64,000 nucleotides of DNA, taken from assembly GCA_030692045.1 (NCBI GenBank), contig JAUYCX010000049.1, positions 106,643 to 170,642 of the forward strand, in the 5' to 3' direction. This document shows, one piece after another, positions 26,336 to 35,942 of the stretch. The notes beneath the pieces were generated by a model that saw only the letters and a program-made list of their open reading frames with translations, made no database searches and was not told the DNA's origin. This DNA comes from Candidatus Omnitrophota bacterium. Its GTDB lineage: Bacteria; Omnitrophota; Gorgyraeia; JAUYCX01. Each line of letters starts with the position of its first letter. The first letter of the stretch is position 1. A program made the translations under genes and the position numbers.

Positions 26336-26841
26336 AGATTAGAGTCTCGAAAACAACTGCTGTTATAGCGATATTTATAATTATCTCTGCTTCCTTTGCA
26401 AGACAGGTAATGAATTATATAAAGGCTAACTTTGGCGAGAAAGGCTTCGCGGTTTTGATTGGCTCAGTTTTTATTATTTCTTTTTCATTATTTTTATTTT
26501 TCATTATAAAAAACAGTTTTAATTTTTTAAAAACATTGCTCGAAATATCATTATTATTTCTAGGTTTAATTTTGACTTGGCAAATAAAACTCCCTGAAGA
26601 GAAAATACATATTTTAGAATATGCAGTTTTGGGTTGGTTTTCTTGCAGAGATTTAATTAAGGTGAATTTGAGAACCAAAGGAACTATTTTAGCAAGTGTA
26701 TTTTGCATTGCAATTGGCCTCCTAGATGAGATATTCCAGGCAATTCTGCCATATCGTTTTTTTCAGTTTCGGGATATAGCGTTAAATAGTTTGGGTGGGT
26801 CGTGGGGAGTAATTTTGTATTCTCTTAGGTTAAAAAAGTGA
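26332..26841 (+). CDS. VanZ-like small membrane protein
   Basis: Four hydrophobic helices, and LLDEIFQAILPYRFFQFRDIALNSLGG resembles the VanZ family signature. The start is uncertain. A TTG at 26332 overlaps the upstream stop, while the track start at 26260 would overlap the PGT gene by 76 nt. Confidence 0.5.
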   Translation: MKIRVSKTTAVIAIFIIISASFARQVMNYIKANFGEKGFAVLIGSVFIISFSLFLFFIIKNSFNFLKTLLEISLLFLGLILTWQIKLPEEKIHILEYAVLGWFSCRDLIKVNLRTKGTILASVFCIAIGLLDEIFQAILPYRFFQFRDIALNSLGGSWGVILYSLRLKK

Positions 26842-27701
26842 AAGCATTTAGGATTTTTATAATTTTTGTCTTTTTAATTTTTAGCAAAGATTTGGTTTTC
26901 TGCGAAACTAAATGTTTAAAAATACATTTTCTTGATGTTGGTGAAGGAGATTCTGTTTTTATTGAAACGCAAGAAGGTAAGACTGTACTTGTAGATGGAG
27001 GTAACCTTATCAGCGGATTTGAAGTCGTTAAATTTTTAAAGAAAAAGAATATTCAGAGTTTAGATTATCTTATTTTTACTCACCCGGATTTAGACCACAT
27101 AGGAGGCGCTTTTTTCATACTACAGTTGCTTAATGCAAAAAATATTTATGATAATGGTGAGAAGTTAATTAAGGAAAACAAATTTTCTGATGTATATCGT
27201 TGGTATGATAAATTGGTTAGACAAAATAAGAATTACAGAATGCTTAAAGCCGATGATATGCTTTCCTTTGACGGTGTAGTTTTAAATGTGCTTTGGCCAC
27301 CAAAACCGCTCCCTTTTTCAGATTTTAATGCCAACTCTATAGTAATTATGCTTGAATACAAAGAATTCCATTGTCTTTTAACTGGTGATTTGACCGCTGA
27401 AGTAGAAAGGAAGCTTTTGGAACAAGAAATAAATTTGAAGGCAGATGTATTAAAAATAGGACATCATGGAGCAAATGACGCGAATTGCGAAGAGTTTATA
27501 AAAAGCGTTGCTCCAAAAATAGCAATTTTAAGTGTAGATAGTGAAAATTTCCGAGGATATCCCGCGCAAGAATCTATCGAGAGATTTGAGAAAGCAGGCG
27601 CAAGTTTATATAGAACAGACAAGGATAAAAATATTGTTTTAAGTATTTGCCAGAATAAAGATGGAAAACCCGTCATCAAAGTTACTAAAAATGTTAGATA
27701 A
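26838..27701 (+). CDS. Exported metallo-beta-lactamase-fold hydrolase (ComEC C-terminal-domain-like)
   Basis: 287 aa with a GTG start overlapping the upstream stop and an N-terminal signal-like helix. LDVGEGDSVFI and LIFTHPDLDHIGG (HxDxDH) plus KIGHHG match the ComEC/Rec2-type MBL domain. Confidence 0.7.
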   Translation: MKAFRIFIIFVFLIFSKDLVFCETKCLKIHFLDVGEGDSVFIETQEGKTVLVDGGNLISGFEVVKFLKKKNIQSLDYLIFTHPDLDHIGGAFFILQLLNAKNIYDNGEKLIKENKFSDVYRWYDKLVRQNKNYRMLKADDMLSFDGVVLNVLWPPKPLPFSDFNANSIVIMLEYKEFHCLLTGDLTAEVERKLLEQEINLKADVLKIGHHGANDANCEEFIKSVAPKIAILSVDSENFRGYPAQESIERFEKAGASLYRTDKDKNIVLSICQNKDGKPVIKVTKNVR

Positions 27702-28902
27702 AAAAACGCTGAAAGATAAATGGATAAATATTGCCGATATAATTGTAGAATATTGTTTATACGGGGCAATATTTTTCATTCCTAAGTCCAAAGCTGCAAT
27801 TGAGATATTTGTTTGTTTAGCAATCTTTTTCTTTTTGATAAAGAAAATACTAAAGCCAGATTTTAAATTTCTTAAGTCAATATCTTGCCTTTTTCTTTTA
27901 TTGTTTATTGTGTTTAGCGCTTTATCAATTTTTAATAGTCACATATATATTAAAAAAGGTCTACGGGCTTTAATTGGAAAGTGGATGGAATATGCCATAA
28001 TCTTTTTATTAGTGAAGGATACATTAAAAAACAAAATCCGTTTTCGCAATGCGATTTTTATTTTATTAATTTTTGGTGTAGTAGTTGGAATTGATGGTTT
28101 TATTCAAGGTTTGTCTGGGGTAGAACTTCTGTGGGATAACCCAATGGGTGTTACCAATAACGGTTTAGCTGCGATTACAGGGCCATTTCGACACCACAAT
28201 GATTTTGGTGCCTATTTATTAGTGATAATAGCTTTAATGATAGGGATATGGTTATCAGATAATTTAAAATTTATAAATAAAATTTTGTTAGCCTTTTGTA
28301 TAGGTTTATTATTACTTTCAATGTTATTAGCATATTCTCGGGGAAGCTGGTTAGGTTTTATCTTTGCATTGATTTTAATGTTAGCGTTATCTCGCAGGTT
28401 TAAGCTAATAATTCCTCTTTTAAGTATTTTTATTCTTTTATTATTTTTTCTTCCGGGCGTAAAAGGAAGAAGCATCCTTACCTTTCAGTTTAACTCGCCT
28501 AATTTACTTATATGGAATGATGCAGATAGGTTTAGGGTATGGGGAGTTGCTTTTAGAATGATTAGAGAAAATCCTTTTTTAGGCAAAGGTTTAGGAACAT
28601 TTATGGATTATTTTTCCAAGTACAAACCGAATATAGTTGTGCAGTATGCGCATAACTGCTTTTTACAAATTTGGGCAGAGGCAGGAATATTTAGCTTAGT
28701 CAGTTTTTTGGCATTTGCGGCTTCAGTTTTATTTGAGGGTATTAATAAATTTAAGCAGAATAATGATTTTGTGTTGTTAGGTTTAGTTGCGAGTATGTTT
28801 GCTTTTTTGGTTCATAGCTTTTTTGATACAAATCTGTACTCATTACAGCTTTCTATATTATTCTGGTTGTGTATGGGTTTGGTTTCTGCGAAAGCAAGAT
28901 AG
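27661..28902 (+). CDS. O-antigen ligase/polymerase family membrane protein (Wzy_C-type, second copy)
   Basis: 413 aa and polytopic. It carries AYSRGSWLGFIFALILM and YAHNCFLQIWAEAGIFSLVSF (the H.N..Lq...e.Gi block). An alternative ATG at 27691 would reduce the overlap with the upstream gene. Confidence 0.7.
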   Translation: MENPSSKLLKMLDKKTLKDKWINIADIIVEYCLYGAIFFIPKSKAAIEIFVCLAIFFFLIKKILKPDFKFLKSISCLFLLLFIVFSALSIFNSHIYIKKGLRALIGKWMEYAIIFLLVKDTLKNKIRFRNAIFILLIFGVVVGIDGFIQGLSGVELLWDNPMGVTNNGLAAITGPFRHHNDFGAYLLVIIALMIGIWLSDNLKFINKILLAFCIGLLLLSMLLAYSRGSWLGFIFALILMLALSRRFKLIIPLLSIFILLLFFLPGVKGRSILTFQFNSPNLLIWNDADRFRVWGVAFRMIRENPFLGKGLGTFMDYFSKYKPNIVVQYAHNCFLQIWAEAGIFSLVSFLAFAASVLFEGINKFKQNNDFVLLGLVASMFAFLVHSFFDTNLYSLQLSILFWLCMGLVSAKAR

Positions 28903-28921
28903 AATTTATGAAAATTATTAA

Positions 28922-29962
28922 TTGCTGATGTTGAATAGAATTCATGATTTACCGTCTATTTCTATAGTTATACCTACGCTAAATTCCAGCAAGACTATAA
29001 AAAATTGCTTAGATAGTATATTAATGCAAGATTATCCTTCAGATAAAATAGAAATAATTATTGCTGATGGAGGTTCTGCTGATAATACAATTAGTATTGT
29101 TAAAGACTTAAGTCAATCGCCCAATTTAAGAATAAATCTGATTTACAATAAGTTAAGGACGGGTGAATCAGGCAAGGCAGAAGGCATTAAATGTACAAAT
29201 AATGAAATTTTGGCTTTTATAGATAGTGATAATGTTTTGCCTGAGCCAGACTGGTTTAGAAAAATGGTTGAACCATTTCATAACCCAAGCATAGTTGCGT
29301 CAGAACCGCTTTATTATACTTATCGTAGAGAAGATGGTTATATAACAAGATATTGTTCTTTGATTGGAATGAATGACCCTATTTGTCTTTTTTTAGGAAA
29401 TTATGACCGTTACTGTTTGTTGACGAACAAATGGACTGAAGTAGCTATTGAGCAGATTGATAAAGCATCCTATAAAGAAGTGCGTTTCTTGAAAAACGAA
29501 ATGCCAACCATAGGTGCAAATGGTTTTTTTATTAGAAGGAATAAATTGCTAAATTATCCTATCAGAGACTATTTTTTTGATATCGATATCATACAGTTTT
29601 TATATTCCATAAATCCAAAAATAAAGATTGCTAAGGTAAAAAACGGCATTATTCATATCTTTTCCAATAATATATTTGAATTTATTTCTAAACAGATTAG
29701 ACGATTTACTGATTATACATATTATAATAGCTTGGGGCTACGTCGTTACAATTGGTATGCAATTCCAAAGAAAAAGTTTTTAAAATTTATTTTTTATACT
29801 TTGTTATGCATACCCCTTTTTTTCCAGGCAGTCAAGGGCTATCTTTTAAAAAGAGATCTTGCATGGTTCTTTCATCCTATAGCCTGTTGGATAACACTTT
29901 GTGTTTATTCTTTTCTATTTTTTAGAAATCTATTTTTTCCTTTAAAACCAAAAAAAAGATAA
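28922..29962 (+). CDS. GT2 glycosyltransferase
   Basis: ISIVIPTLNSSKTIKNCLDSILMQDYP .. EIIIADGGSADNT .. FIDSDNVL, with a C-terminal hydrophobic region. TTG start at 28922 or ATG at 28928. Confidence 0.8.
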   Translation: MLMLNRIHDLPSISIVIPTLNSSKTIKNCLDSILMQDYPSDKIEIIIADGGSADNTISIVKDLSQSPNLRINLIYNKLRTGESGKAEGIKCTNNEILAFIDSDNVLPEPDWFRKMVEPFHNPSIVASEPLYYTYRREDGYITRYCSLIGMNDPICLFLGNYDRYCLLTNKWTEVAIEQIDKASYKEVRFLKNEMPTIGANGFFIRRNKLLNYPIRDYFFDIDIIQFLYSINPKIKIAKVKNGIIHIFSNNIFEFISKQIRRFTDYTYYNSLGLRRYNWYAIPKKKFLKFIFYTLLCIPLFFQAVKGYLLKRDLAWFFHPIACWITLCVYSFLFFRNLFFPLKPKKR

Positions 29963-29966
29963 AGTT

Positions 29967-30191
29967 ATGTATGTACTTGGAATTAACTGCGGCCGTCATT
30001 CAACTGCCGCTTTGCTTAAAGATGGAAAGATTATCGGATGTGTAAGTGAAGAGAGATTTAAGAGGATTAAGAATTATTCTGGGTATCCAGATAAAAGTAT
30101 TAAGTATTTATTAGAATATGCAGGTATTAAGCCTTGGCAGTTAGATCTTGCGGCATTAGGCAATTTTCTTATTTCCAAAGAGAGGAGTTAA
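29967..30191 (+). pseudogene. N-terminal remnant of a NodU/CmcH-family carbamoyltransferase
   Basis: This 74-aa ORF begins MYVLGINCGRHSTAALLKDGKIIGCVSEERFKRIKNYSGYP. That is collinear with the first ~65 aa of the full-length carbamoyltransferase at 51912 (MNILGISCFYHDSAACLVRDGEIMGAVQEERFTRKKHDFNFP), after which it terminates. Full-length family members are about 600 aa. Confidence 0.7.
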
Positions 30192-30194
30192 AAA

Positions 30195-31532
30195 TTGTTA
30201 ACCAGAGAAAAAGTTATTTCTGTTATTGGTTTGGGAAAATTAGGTTTATGTATGGCAGCCTGCTTTGCAAGCAAGGGATACACGGTAATTGGTGTAGATA
30301 TCGATGAAATTAAAATTGATAGGGTAAATAAAGGAGTCTGTCCCATTAATGAAACGGGTTTAAGCGAGCTTATAAAAAAGTATAAAAATAGAATTCATGC
30401 CACCTATGATTATAAATTTGCGATTGAAAATTCACAAGTAACATTTATAGTTGTTGCCACACCCAGTAATGAAGATGGCAGTTATTCTAACGCTCAACTG
30501 GAAGCAGCTTGTATTGAAATTGCAGAAGTTTTAAAAAACAAAAGAGGATTTCATGTTATCTCAATTACAAGTACTGTTACGCCAGGTACTTTAGATAAAT
30601 TAGTTAAGCCATTATTTGAAAGGATAACAAATAAAAGATGCGGCAGAGATTTTGGTTTAGCATACAATCCTGAATTTATTGCCTTAGGTAGTGTAATAAA
30701 AGATTTTAGAAATCCTGATTTTATCTTAATTGGTGAATCGGATAAAAAAACCGGAGATGTCCTATCAACACTCTATAGAATCACTTGCGATAATAATCCT
30801 TATTTTGCCAGAATGAATTTTATTAATTCAGAAATTGCAAAATTAGCTCTCAATTGTTATGTGACTATGAAGATAAGTTTTGCTAATACCCTTGCTGAAG
30901 TTTGCGAAAAAGAGCCCGGAGCAAATGTCGATGTTATAACAAAAGCTATAGGCTTTGACAGAAGGATTGGTGAAAAATATTTAAAAGGAGGCTTAGGGTT
31001 TGGAGGCCCGTGTTTTCCTCGGGATAATCGGGCATTTATTGCCTTTGCCAAAGACATAAATTCTCAGGCGGAATTGTCAAAAACAGTTGATAATATAAAC
31101 AAACATCAGCTTGAAAGAATAACATCTTTGATTAAGAAAAAAATAAAAAAAGCAACTAAGGTAAGTATTTTGGGTCTATCCTATAAACCAAATACTGAAA
31201 TTATTGAAGATTCTCAGTCCGTTGATATAGCTTCAATAATAAAAGAATTGGGCGCAGAAGTTTTTGTTTATGACCCTCAAGCTAATTCAATTACTCAACG
31301 AATATATGGAAGCAGGTTTAAATATGCTTTGAGTGCCAAAGAGTGTTTAAAGAATTCTAAGATTTGTCTTATCACTACTGCCTGGGATGAGTTTAAGAAA
31401 ATTAAACCAACAGAATTCGAGAGATTAATGAGAAAGGATGCAATTTTAATTGATTGTTGGAGGTTATACGATAAAAGTAAATTTAAGAAGATTAATTATG
31501 TGTGTTTAGGTTTATTTAATTTGGGAAAGTAA
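30195..31532 (+). CDS. Nucleotide-sugar 6-dehydrogenase (UDP-glucose/GDP-mannose dehydrogenase family)
   Basis: 445 aa. TTG start 7 nt after an AGAGGAG SD. N-terminal VIGLGKLGLCMAACFASKGYTVIGVDID, catalytic-Cys block GLGFGGPCFPRDN, and a C-terminal UDP-binding region ILGLSYKPNT. Confidence 0.85.
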   Translation: MLTREKVISVIGLGKLGLCMAACFASKGYTVIGVDIDEIKIDRVNKGVCPINETGLSELIKKYKNRIHATYDYKFAIENSQVTFIVVATPSNEDGSYSNAQLEAACIEIAEVLKNKRGFHVISITSTVTPGTLDKLVKPLFERITNKRCGRDFGLAYNPEFIALGSVIKDFRNPDFILIGESDKKTGDVLSTLYRITCDNNPYFARMNFINSEIAKLALNCYVTMKISFANTLAEVCEKEPGANVDVITKAIGFDRRIGEKYLKGGLGFGGPCFPRDNRAFIAFAKDINSQAELSKTVDNINKHQLERITSLIKKKIKKATKVSILGLSYKPNTEIIEDSQSVDIASIIKELGAEVFVYDPQANSITQRIYGSRFKYALSAKECLKNSKICLITTAWDEFKKIKPTEFERLMRKDAILIDCWRLYDKSKFKKINYVCLGLFNLGK

Positions 31533-31566
31533 ATTGCCAGCACCCTAATTACAGAAAGGGGAATTT

Positions 31567-32592
31567 ATGGCTTTTGAGATCAGCGGTAAGAGAGTTTTAG
31601 TTACAGGAGGGGCTTCTTTTATTGGCTCTCATTTGGTAGATACATTAATTAAGCGAGGAGTTTCATTCATAAGGGTTGTTGATAATTTAAGTAGCGGGAA
31701 ATTGGAAAACATTATTGAACATATTAATGCAGGCAGAATAGAATTTCACAAAAGAGACCTTTTAGAGCCTGGCCTCGCTGACGAGATGGTTAAAGGTATA
31801 GATATTGTTTTTCATTTGGCAGCTGACCACGGTGGACGCGGTTATGTTGATTTGCACCAGTCAGCTTGTAGCACTAATTTAATTTTGGATGGGATTATGA
31901 TTAAGGCTTCTTACGAAGCAAAGGTGGATAAATTTATATTTGCTTCATCAGGTTGTGTATATCCTAATTTTAAACAAACAAATCCTAAGGAAATATTATA
32001 TCTTACAGAGGATATGGTTGGTCCTCCATATGATGCGGATAATATGTATGGTTGGGCAAAACTTATGGCTGAATTGTCGCTAAAGGCATACTATAAAGAT
32101 TTTGGAATGAAATCTGCTTCATGTCGGTTTTTTACTGTATACGGTGAACGAGGCATTGAAAATCATGCAGTTATAGCTATGATTGCTCGGGCCCTTATTA
32201 AGCAAAATCCTTTTCAAGTCTGGGGAACAGGAGAGCAAATTCGTAATTGGACGCATGTTAGTGACATCGTAAGCGGTATGATATTAGCGGCAGAGAAATT
32301 AGACGATGCGACTGCTATCAATTTGGGAACAATGGAAAGAACCACTGTTATAGAGGCAGTAAAAGAAGTTTTAAGATACACTGGCCACAAAGCGCAGATT
32401 GAATTTCATCCTGAAATGCCCACAGGCCCTTATAACAGGGTAGCAGATAATTCTTTGGCTAAGAGACTTTTGGGGTGGGAGCCGAAAATTAGATTTATGG
32501 ACGGTTTACATAAAACTATTGATTGGTATTTTACTCATAAGAATAAGGAGAAAGTGGCAAAAGAATTAGATGTAATGCTTACAGAAAGGTAG
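31567..32592 (+). CDS. Extended SDR NAD-dependent epimerase/dehydratase
   Basis: KRVLVTGGASFIGSHLVDTL and YGWAKLMAE (YxxxK). Its position next to the sugar dehydrogenase is compatible with a UDP-uronate decarboxylase or epimerase, but the specificity cannot be determined from sequence. Confidence 0.75.
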   Translation: MAFEISGKRVLVTGGASFIGSHLVDTLIKRGVSFIRVVDNLSSGKLENIIEHINAGRIEFHKRDLLEPGLADEMVKGIDIVFHLAADHGGRGYVDLHQSACSTNLILDGIMIKASYEAKVDKFIFASSGCVYPNFKQTNPKEILYLTEDMVGPPYDADNMYGWAKLMAELSLKAYYKDFGMKSASCRFFTVYGERGIENHAVIAMIARALIKQNPFQVWGTGEQIRNWTHVSDIVSGMILAAEKLDDATAINLGTMERTTVIEAVKEVLRYTGHKAQIEFHPEMPTGPYNRVADNSLAKRLLGWEPKIRFMDGLHKTIDWYFTHKNKEKVAKELDVMLTER

Positions 32593-32612
32593 TATAGAGG
32601 CGGATTTAATTT

Positions 32613-33506
32613 GTGAGGTTGTTTATGGGAAGAATTTTTAAATCTTTGTTTCTAATTTTAAGGCCAAAACATTGGATTAAAAATCTTTTTATTTTTGCAG
32701 GACCGTTTTTTTCTCTCAATTTCTTTGTTTATGACAATATCAAAAAGCTTTCTTTGGGATTTATCTGCTGGTGTGGAATTTCCAGCGCAACTTATATTTT
32801 CAATGACATAATTGATAGAAAAGAGGATGCGTTTCATACACTTAAAAAAAGACGACCGATTTCTTCTGGCTTAATAAGCACAAACTTAGCATGGATTGTT
32901 TTTATACTTCTAAGTTTATTTTTCTTTTTAATTGCCTTCTGCATTAAGACCTCTTTTGGGTATCTAATTTTAGCTTATTTTTTAATTAATCTACTCTATT
33001 CATTATATTTAAAGCATGTTTTTATTTTAGATGTGATGTGCATTTCATTTGGTTTTATCTTAAGAGTAATTTCTGGAGCGATGCTGATAAATGTGGGATT
33101 TTCTGAATGGCTTATAATGTGTACCTTACTTCTTTCACTTTTACTTGGTTTTGGCAAGCGTCAAGAAGAGATAACTTCTTTAGAAAAGGTTGCAATGCAT
33201 CACCGTAGAGTTTTAAAAGATTATGACGTGGGTTTTTTGCAGCATATCCCATATGTTTTAGTATCTTCTACAATTGTTTGCTACATGCTTTATACAGTTT
33301 CGCAAGAGGCGGTTAGGAAATTTGGAACTAAAAATCTTATCTATACAACAGTTTTTGTGATTTATGGACTTTTTAGATATGTTTATGTAGTTAATGAAAA
33401 GAAAAAGGGTGCAGATCCAACTCAAATTATATTCCAGGATTTGCCCAGTGTAATAAACATCTTATTATGGATTATGGTTTCAGGGTTTATTATTTACCTA
33501 TTATAA
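32613..33506 (+). CDS. UbiA-superfamily polyprenyl-phosphate phosphoribosyltransferase-like (decaprenyl-phosphate 5-phosphoribosyltransferase family)
   Basis: LRPKHWIKNLFIFAGPFFS, SATYIFNDIIDRKEDAFHTLKKRRPISSG, YLKHVFILDVMCISFGFILRVISGA and GFGKRQEEI are collinear with the mycobacterial Rv3806c-type enzyme as I recall it (RPRQWVKN, NDxxDxxxDxxHPxKxxRP). About 8-9 TM helices. GTG start at 32613 or ATG at 32625. Confidence 0.75.
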   Translation: MRLFMGRIFKSLFLILRPKHWIKNLFIFAGPFFSLNFFVYDNIKKLSLGFICWCGISSATYIFNDIIDRKEDAFHTLKKRRPISSGLISTNLAWIVFILLSLFFFLIAFCIKTSFGYLILAYFLINLLYSLYLKHVFILDVMCISFGFILRVISGAMLINVGFSEWLIMCTLLLSLLLGFGKRQEEITSLEKVAMHHRRVLKDYDVGFLQHIPYVLVSSTIVCYMLYTVSQEAVRKFGTKNLIYTTVFVIYGLFRYVYVVNEKKKGADPTQIIFQDLPSVINILLWIMVSGFIIYLL

Positions 33507-33519
33507 AGGAGAATGAAAA

Positions 33520-34536
33520 ATGAGGATATTAATAACAGGTGTTCCTGGATGGTTAGGCGGGAGATTCTTAGAGATTTTAATTAAGGGGTTTGAAAATGAG
33601 GGCCCTATAAATGATTGGAAGATAAGATGCCTTGCTTTAGACGCCATAGACTTAAGTTTCATAAATAACCTTTCTCAATATAAGAAAATTGAGGTTATTT
33701 TGGGAGATATAACAAAAAAAGATACTTTAAAGAATGCAGTCAAAGATATAGATATAATTTTTCATATTGTGGGAATAATCCATCCTAAAAAAATAAAAGA
33801 ATTGTATCAAGTTAATACATTAGGAACTCTTAATTTAATTTCTGAAGCATTTTATGCAGGGGTTAAGAGATTTATTCATATAAGCAGTAATTCTGTGGCT
33901 GGAACTAATCTTAAGCGTCATATTTTAATGAAAGAAGAGGATGAACCAATGCCCTATTTGAATTATGGGTTAAGCAAATACTATGCAGAGTGCATTGTAA
34001 AAGGTTTTCAAGAATCTGGCAAGATTGAAACAGTGATACTGCGCCCTTGCTGGTTCTATGGGCCCAATCAGCCTAAAAGGCAGACAAAATTTTTTAAAAT
34101 GATTCAAAAAGGAAACCCAATTGTTTTTGGTAATGGATTAAATTTTAGAAGTATGAGTTATGTTGATAATACAATATTAGCAATGATTTTAGCTGTCGAG
34201 ACTAAGGAAGCTGTGGGACAAACCTATTGGATAGCAGACTCTCGTCCATATACTACATTGGAGATATATCAGACCGTTGCTGAGCTTCTTGAGGTAAAAA
34301 ACTTTAAACCCAAATTTCTTCCTAATTTTTCTTCGGAAATTTTTTTAATGGCGGATAAACTCTTTCAGTCATTAGGTATATATCAGACAGAAATCCATGT
34401 TGCTGGAGAGATGAATAAAGATATTGCCTGTAGTATTGATAAGGCACGCTTAGAACTCGGTTACGAACCAAAGATAGAACTAAGAGAAGGGATGCGGCGT
34501 TCCATAGAATGGTGCCGAAAACAAGGATTGTTGTAA
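33520..34536 (+). CDS. Extended SDR NAD-dependent epimerase/dehydratase/reductase
   Basis: MRILITGVPGWLGGRFLEIL and YGLSKYYAE (YxxxK). 338 aa. It starts 13 nt downstream of the UbiA-like gene. Confidence 0.75.
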   Translation: MRILITGVPGWLGGRFLEILIKGFENEGPINDWKIRCLALDAIDLSFINNLSQYKKIEVILGDITKKDTLKNAVKDIDIIFHIVGIIHPKKIKELYQVNTLGTLNLISEAFYAGVKRFIHISSNSVAGTNLKRHILMKEEDEPMPYLNYGLSKYYAECIVKGFQESGKIETVILRPCWFYGPNQPKRQTKFFKMIQKGNPIVFGNGLNFRSMSYVDNTILAMILAVETKEAVGQTYWIADSRPYTTLEIYQTVAELLEVKNFKPKFLPNFSSEIFLMADKLFQSLGIYQTEIHVAGEMNKDIACSIDKARLELGYEPKIELREGMRRSIEWCRKQGLL

Positions 34537-34539
34537 GTA

Positions 34540-35937
34540 ATGAGAATTTTATTAATTGCACCCATAAAAGATAGCTACTCTGGATTAGCTCAATATCCAC
34601 CTGTTGGCTTGGGTTATCTTGCCACTAGCGTTAGAAAATCTGGACATAGCGTAAGGATACTTGATTGCGTTAAAGAACAAATGGATTTTCTTAAATTTGA
34701 ATATTTTATTAAAAATAATAATTTTGATGTTATTGGTATTACAGTTTGGTCGTTATCTTTAAGAGAGGTAAAAAATAGTTTGGAAATAATTAAGAGAAAT
34801 AACCCTAAGGCAATTACGGTTATAGGTGGTCCTCATCCATCAGCTTTACCCGAAGATTCATTAAGATTCTTCAGGGAAGTTGATTTTGGTTTTAAAGGTG
34901 AAGCAGAGATAGGGTTTGCGCGTTTTATTGACCTACTTAACCATGGCGGATGTAATTTTCAAGATATTCCTGGTTTAATCTGGCGTAGTAGAGATAAGGT
35001 TATCTCTAACGCACCTATATGGGCAGATAATTTAGATGAATTAGGATTTCCCAGCTGGGATTTGATTAATCCACGGGATTATTTTATGCCAGGCGCTTTA
35101 GTAAGCAAAGACACAGCTGTGCTTACTTGCACAAGAGGTTGTCCTTATCAATGCACTTTTTGTTCTGCATGGATAACTGCCGGAAGAAAAATAAGGTGCC
35201 GCTCCATAAAACACATACTCAGCGAAATAGAATATCTTAGTTCTAATTTTGGCATTAGAATTTTTGATATTCCCGACGAGAATTTCACTTTTGATAAAAA
35301 ATATGTTATGGATTTTTGTGAAGCGGTTATGCAATATAATGGAAAGTTTGAGTTCTTCTTGCCAAATGGCATTAGGTTAGATTCTTTAAATAGAGAATTA
35401 CTTATTACGATGAGAAAGGCAGGTTTCAGAAGAGAAGTTGCGGTGGGAATTGAATCTGGCTCGGAAAGGGTGCTTAAATTAATGAAGAAAAATCTTTCAC
35501 TTGATAAAGTAAAGGAGAAGATAAAATTACTTAATCAGGCTGGATTTAGGCCAATTGGTTATTTTATTGTGGGTTTTCCCGGAGAGTCGAGAGAGGATTT
35601 AAGAAAAACCTTAAGGTTAGCGCTCAATCTTAAATTATATGCCGCAGCATTTACGCCGTTTGCGCCTATGCCTGGCACAGAGGCAACAGATTATATTCTG
35701 AAAAACAAAGAATTGCCAGAGGATTTTGATTTTACTTCTATAACAACTGATAAGGTTGCCTATGCCCCAGTTGGTATGACAAAACAAGAATTGAATAAGT
35801 TTAGAAAATATGCCCTTCTAAGATTTAATCTTAGACCACGCCCTTTGTTTTATTACCTATCAAATTATAATAGCTTTCGCTTCGCATTTGTAAAATTTTT
35901 GAATTTATTTTTCAAAAACGGACAAGTGGATTCCTAA
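34540..35937 (+). CDS. B12-binding-domain radical SAM protein (paralogue 6)
   Basis: 465 aa. Blocks VIGGPHPSA and FKGEAEIGFARF, linker LDELGFPSWDLI, cluster motif CTRGCPYQCTFCSA. The gap to the upstream SDR gene is 3 nt. Confidence 0.88.
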   Translation: MRILLIAPIKDSYSGLAQYPPVGLGYLATSVRKSGHSVRILDCVKEQMDFLKFEYFIKNNNFDVIGITVWSLSLREVKNSLEIIKRNNPKAITVIGGPHPSALPEDSLRFFREVDFGFKGEAEIGFARFIDLLNHGGCNFQDIPGLIWRSRDKVISNAPIWADNLDELGFPSWDLINPRDYFMPGALVSKDTAVLTCTRGCPYQCTFCSAWITAGRKIRCRSIKHILSEIEYLSSNFGIRIFDIPDENFTFDKKYVMDFCEAVMQYNGKFEFFLPNGIRLDSLNRELLITMRKAGFRREVAVGIESGSERVLKLMKKNLSLDKVKEKIKLLNQAGFRPIGYFIVGFPGESREDLRKTLRLALNLKLYAAAFTPFAPMPGTEATDYILKNKELPEDFDFTSITTDKVAYAPVGMTKQELNKFRKYALLRFNLRPRPLFYYLSNYNSFRFAFVKFLNLFFKNGQVDS

Positions 35938-35942
35938 GAAAA

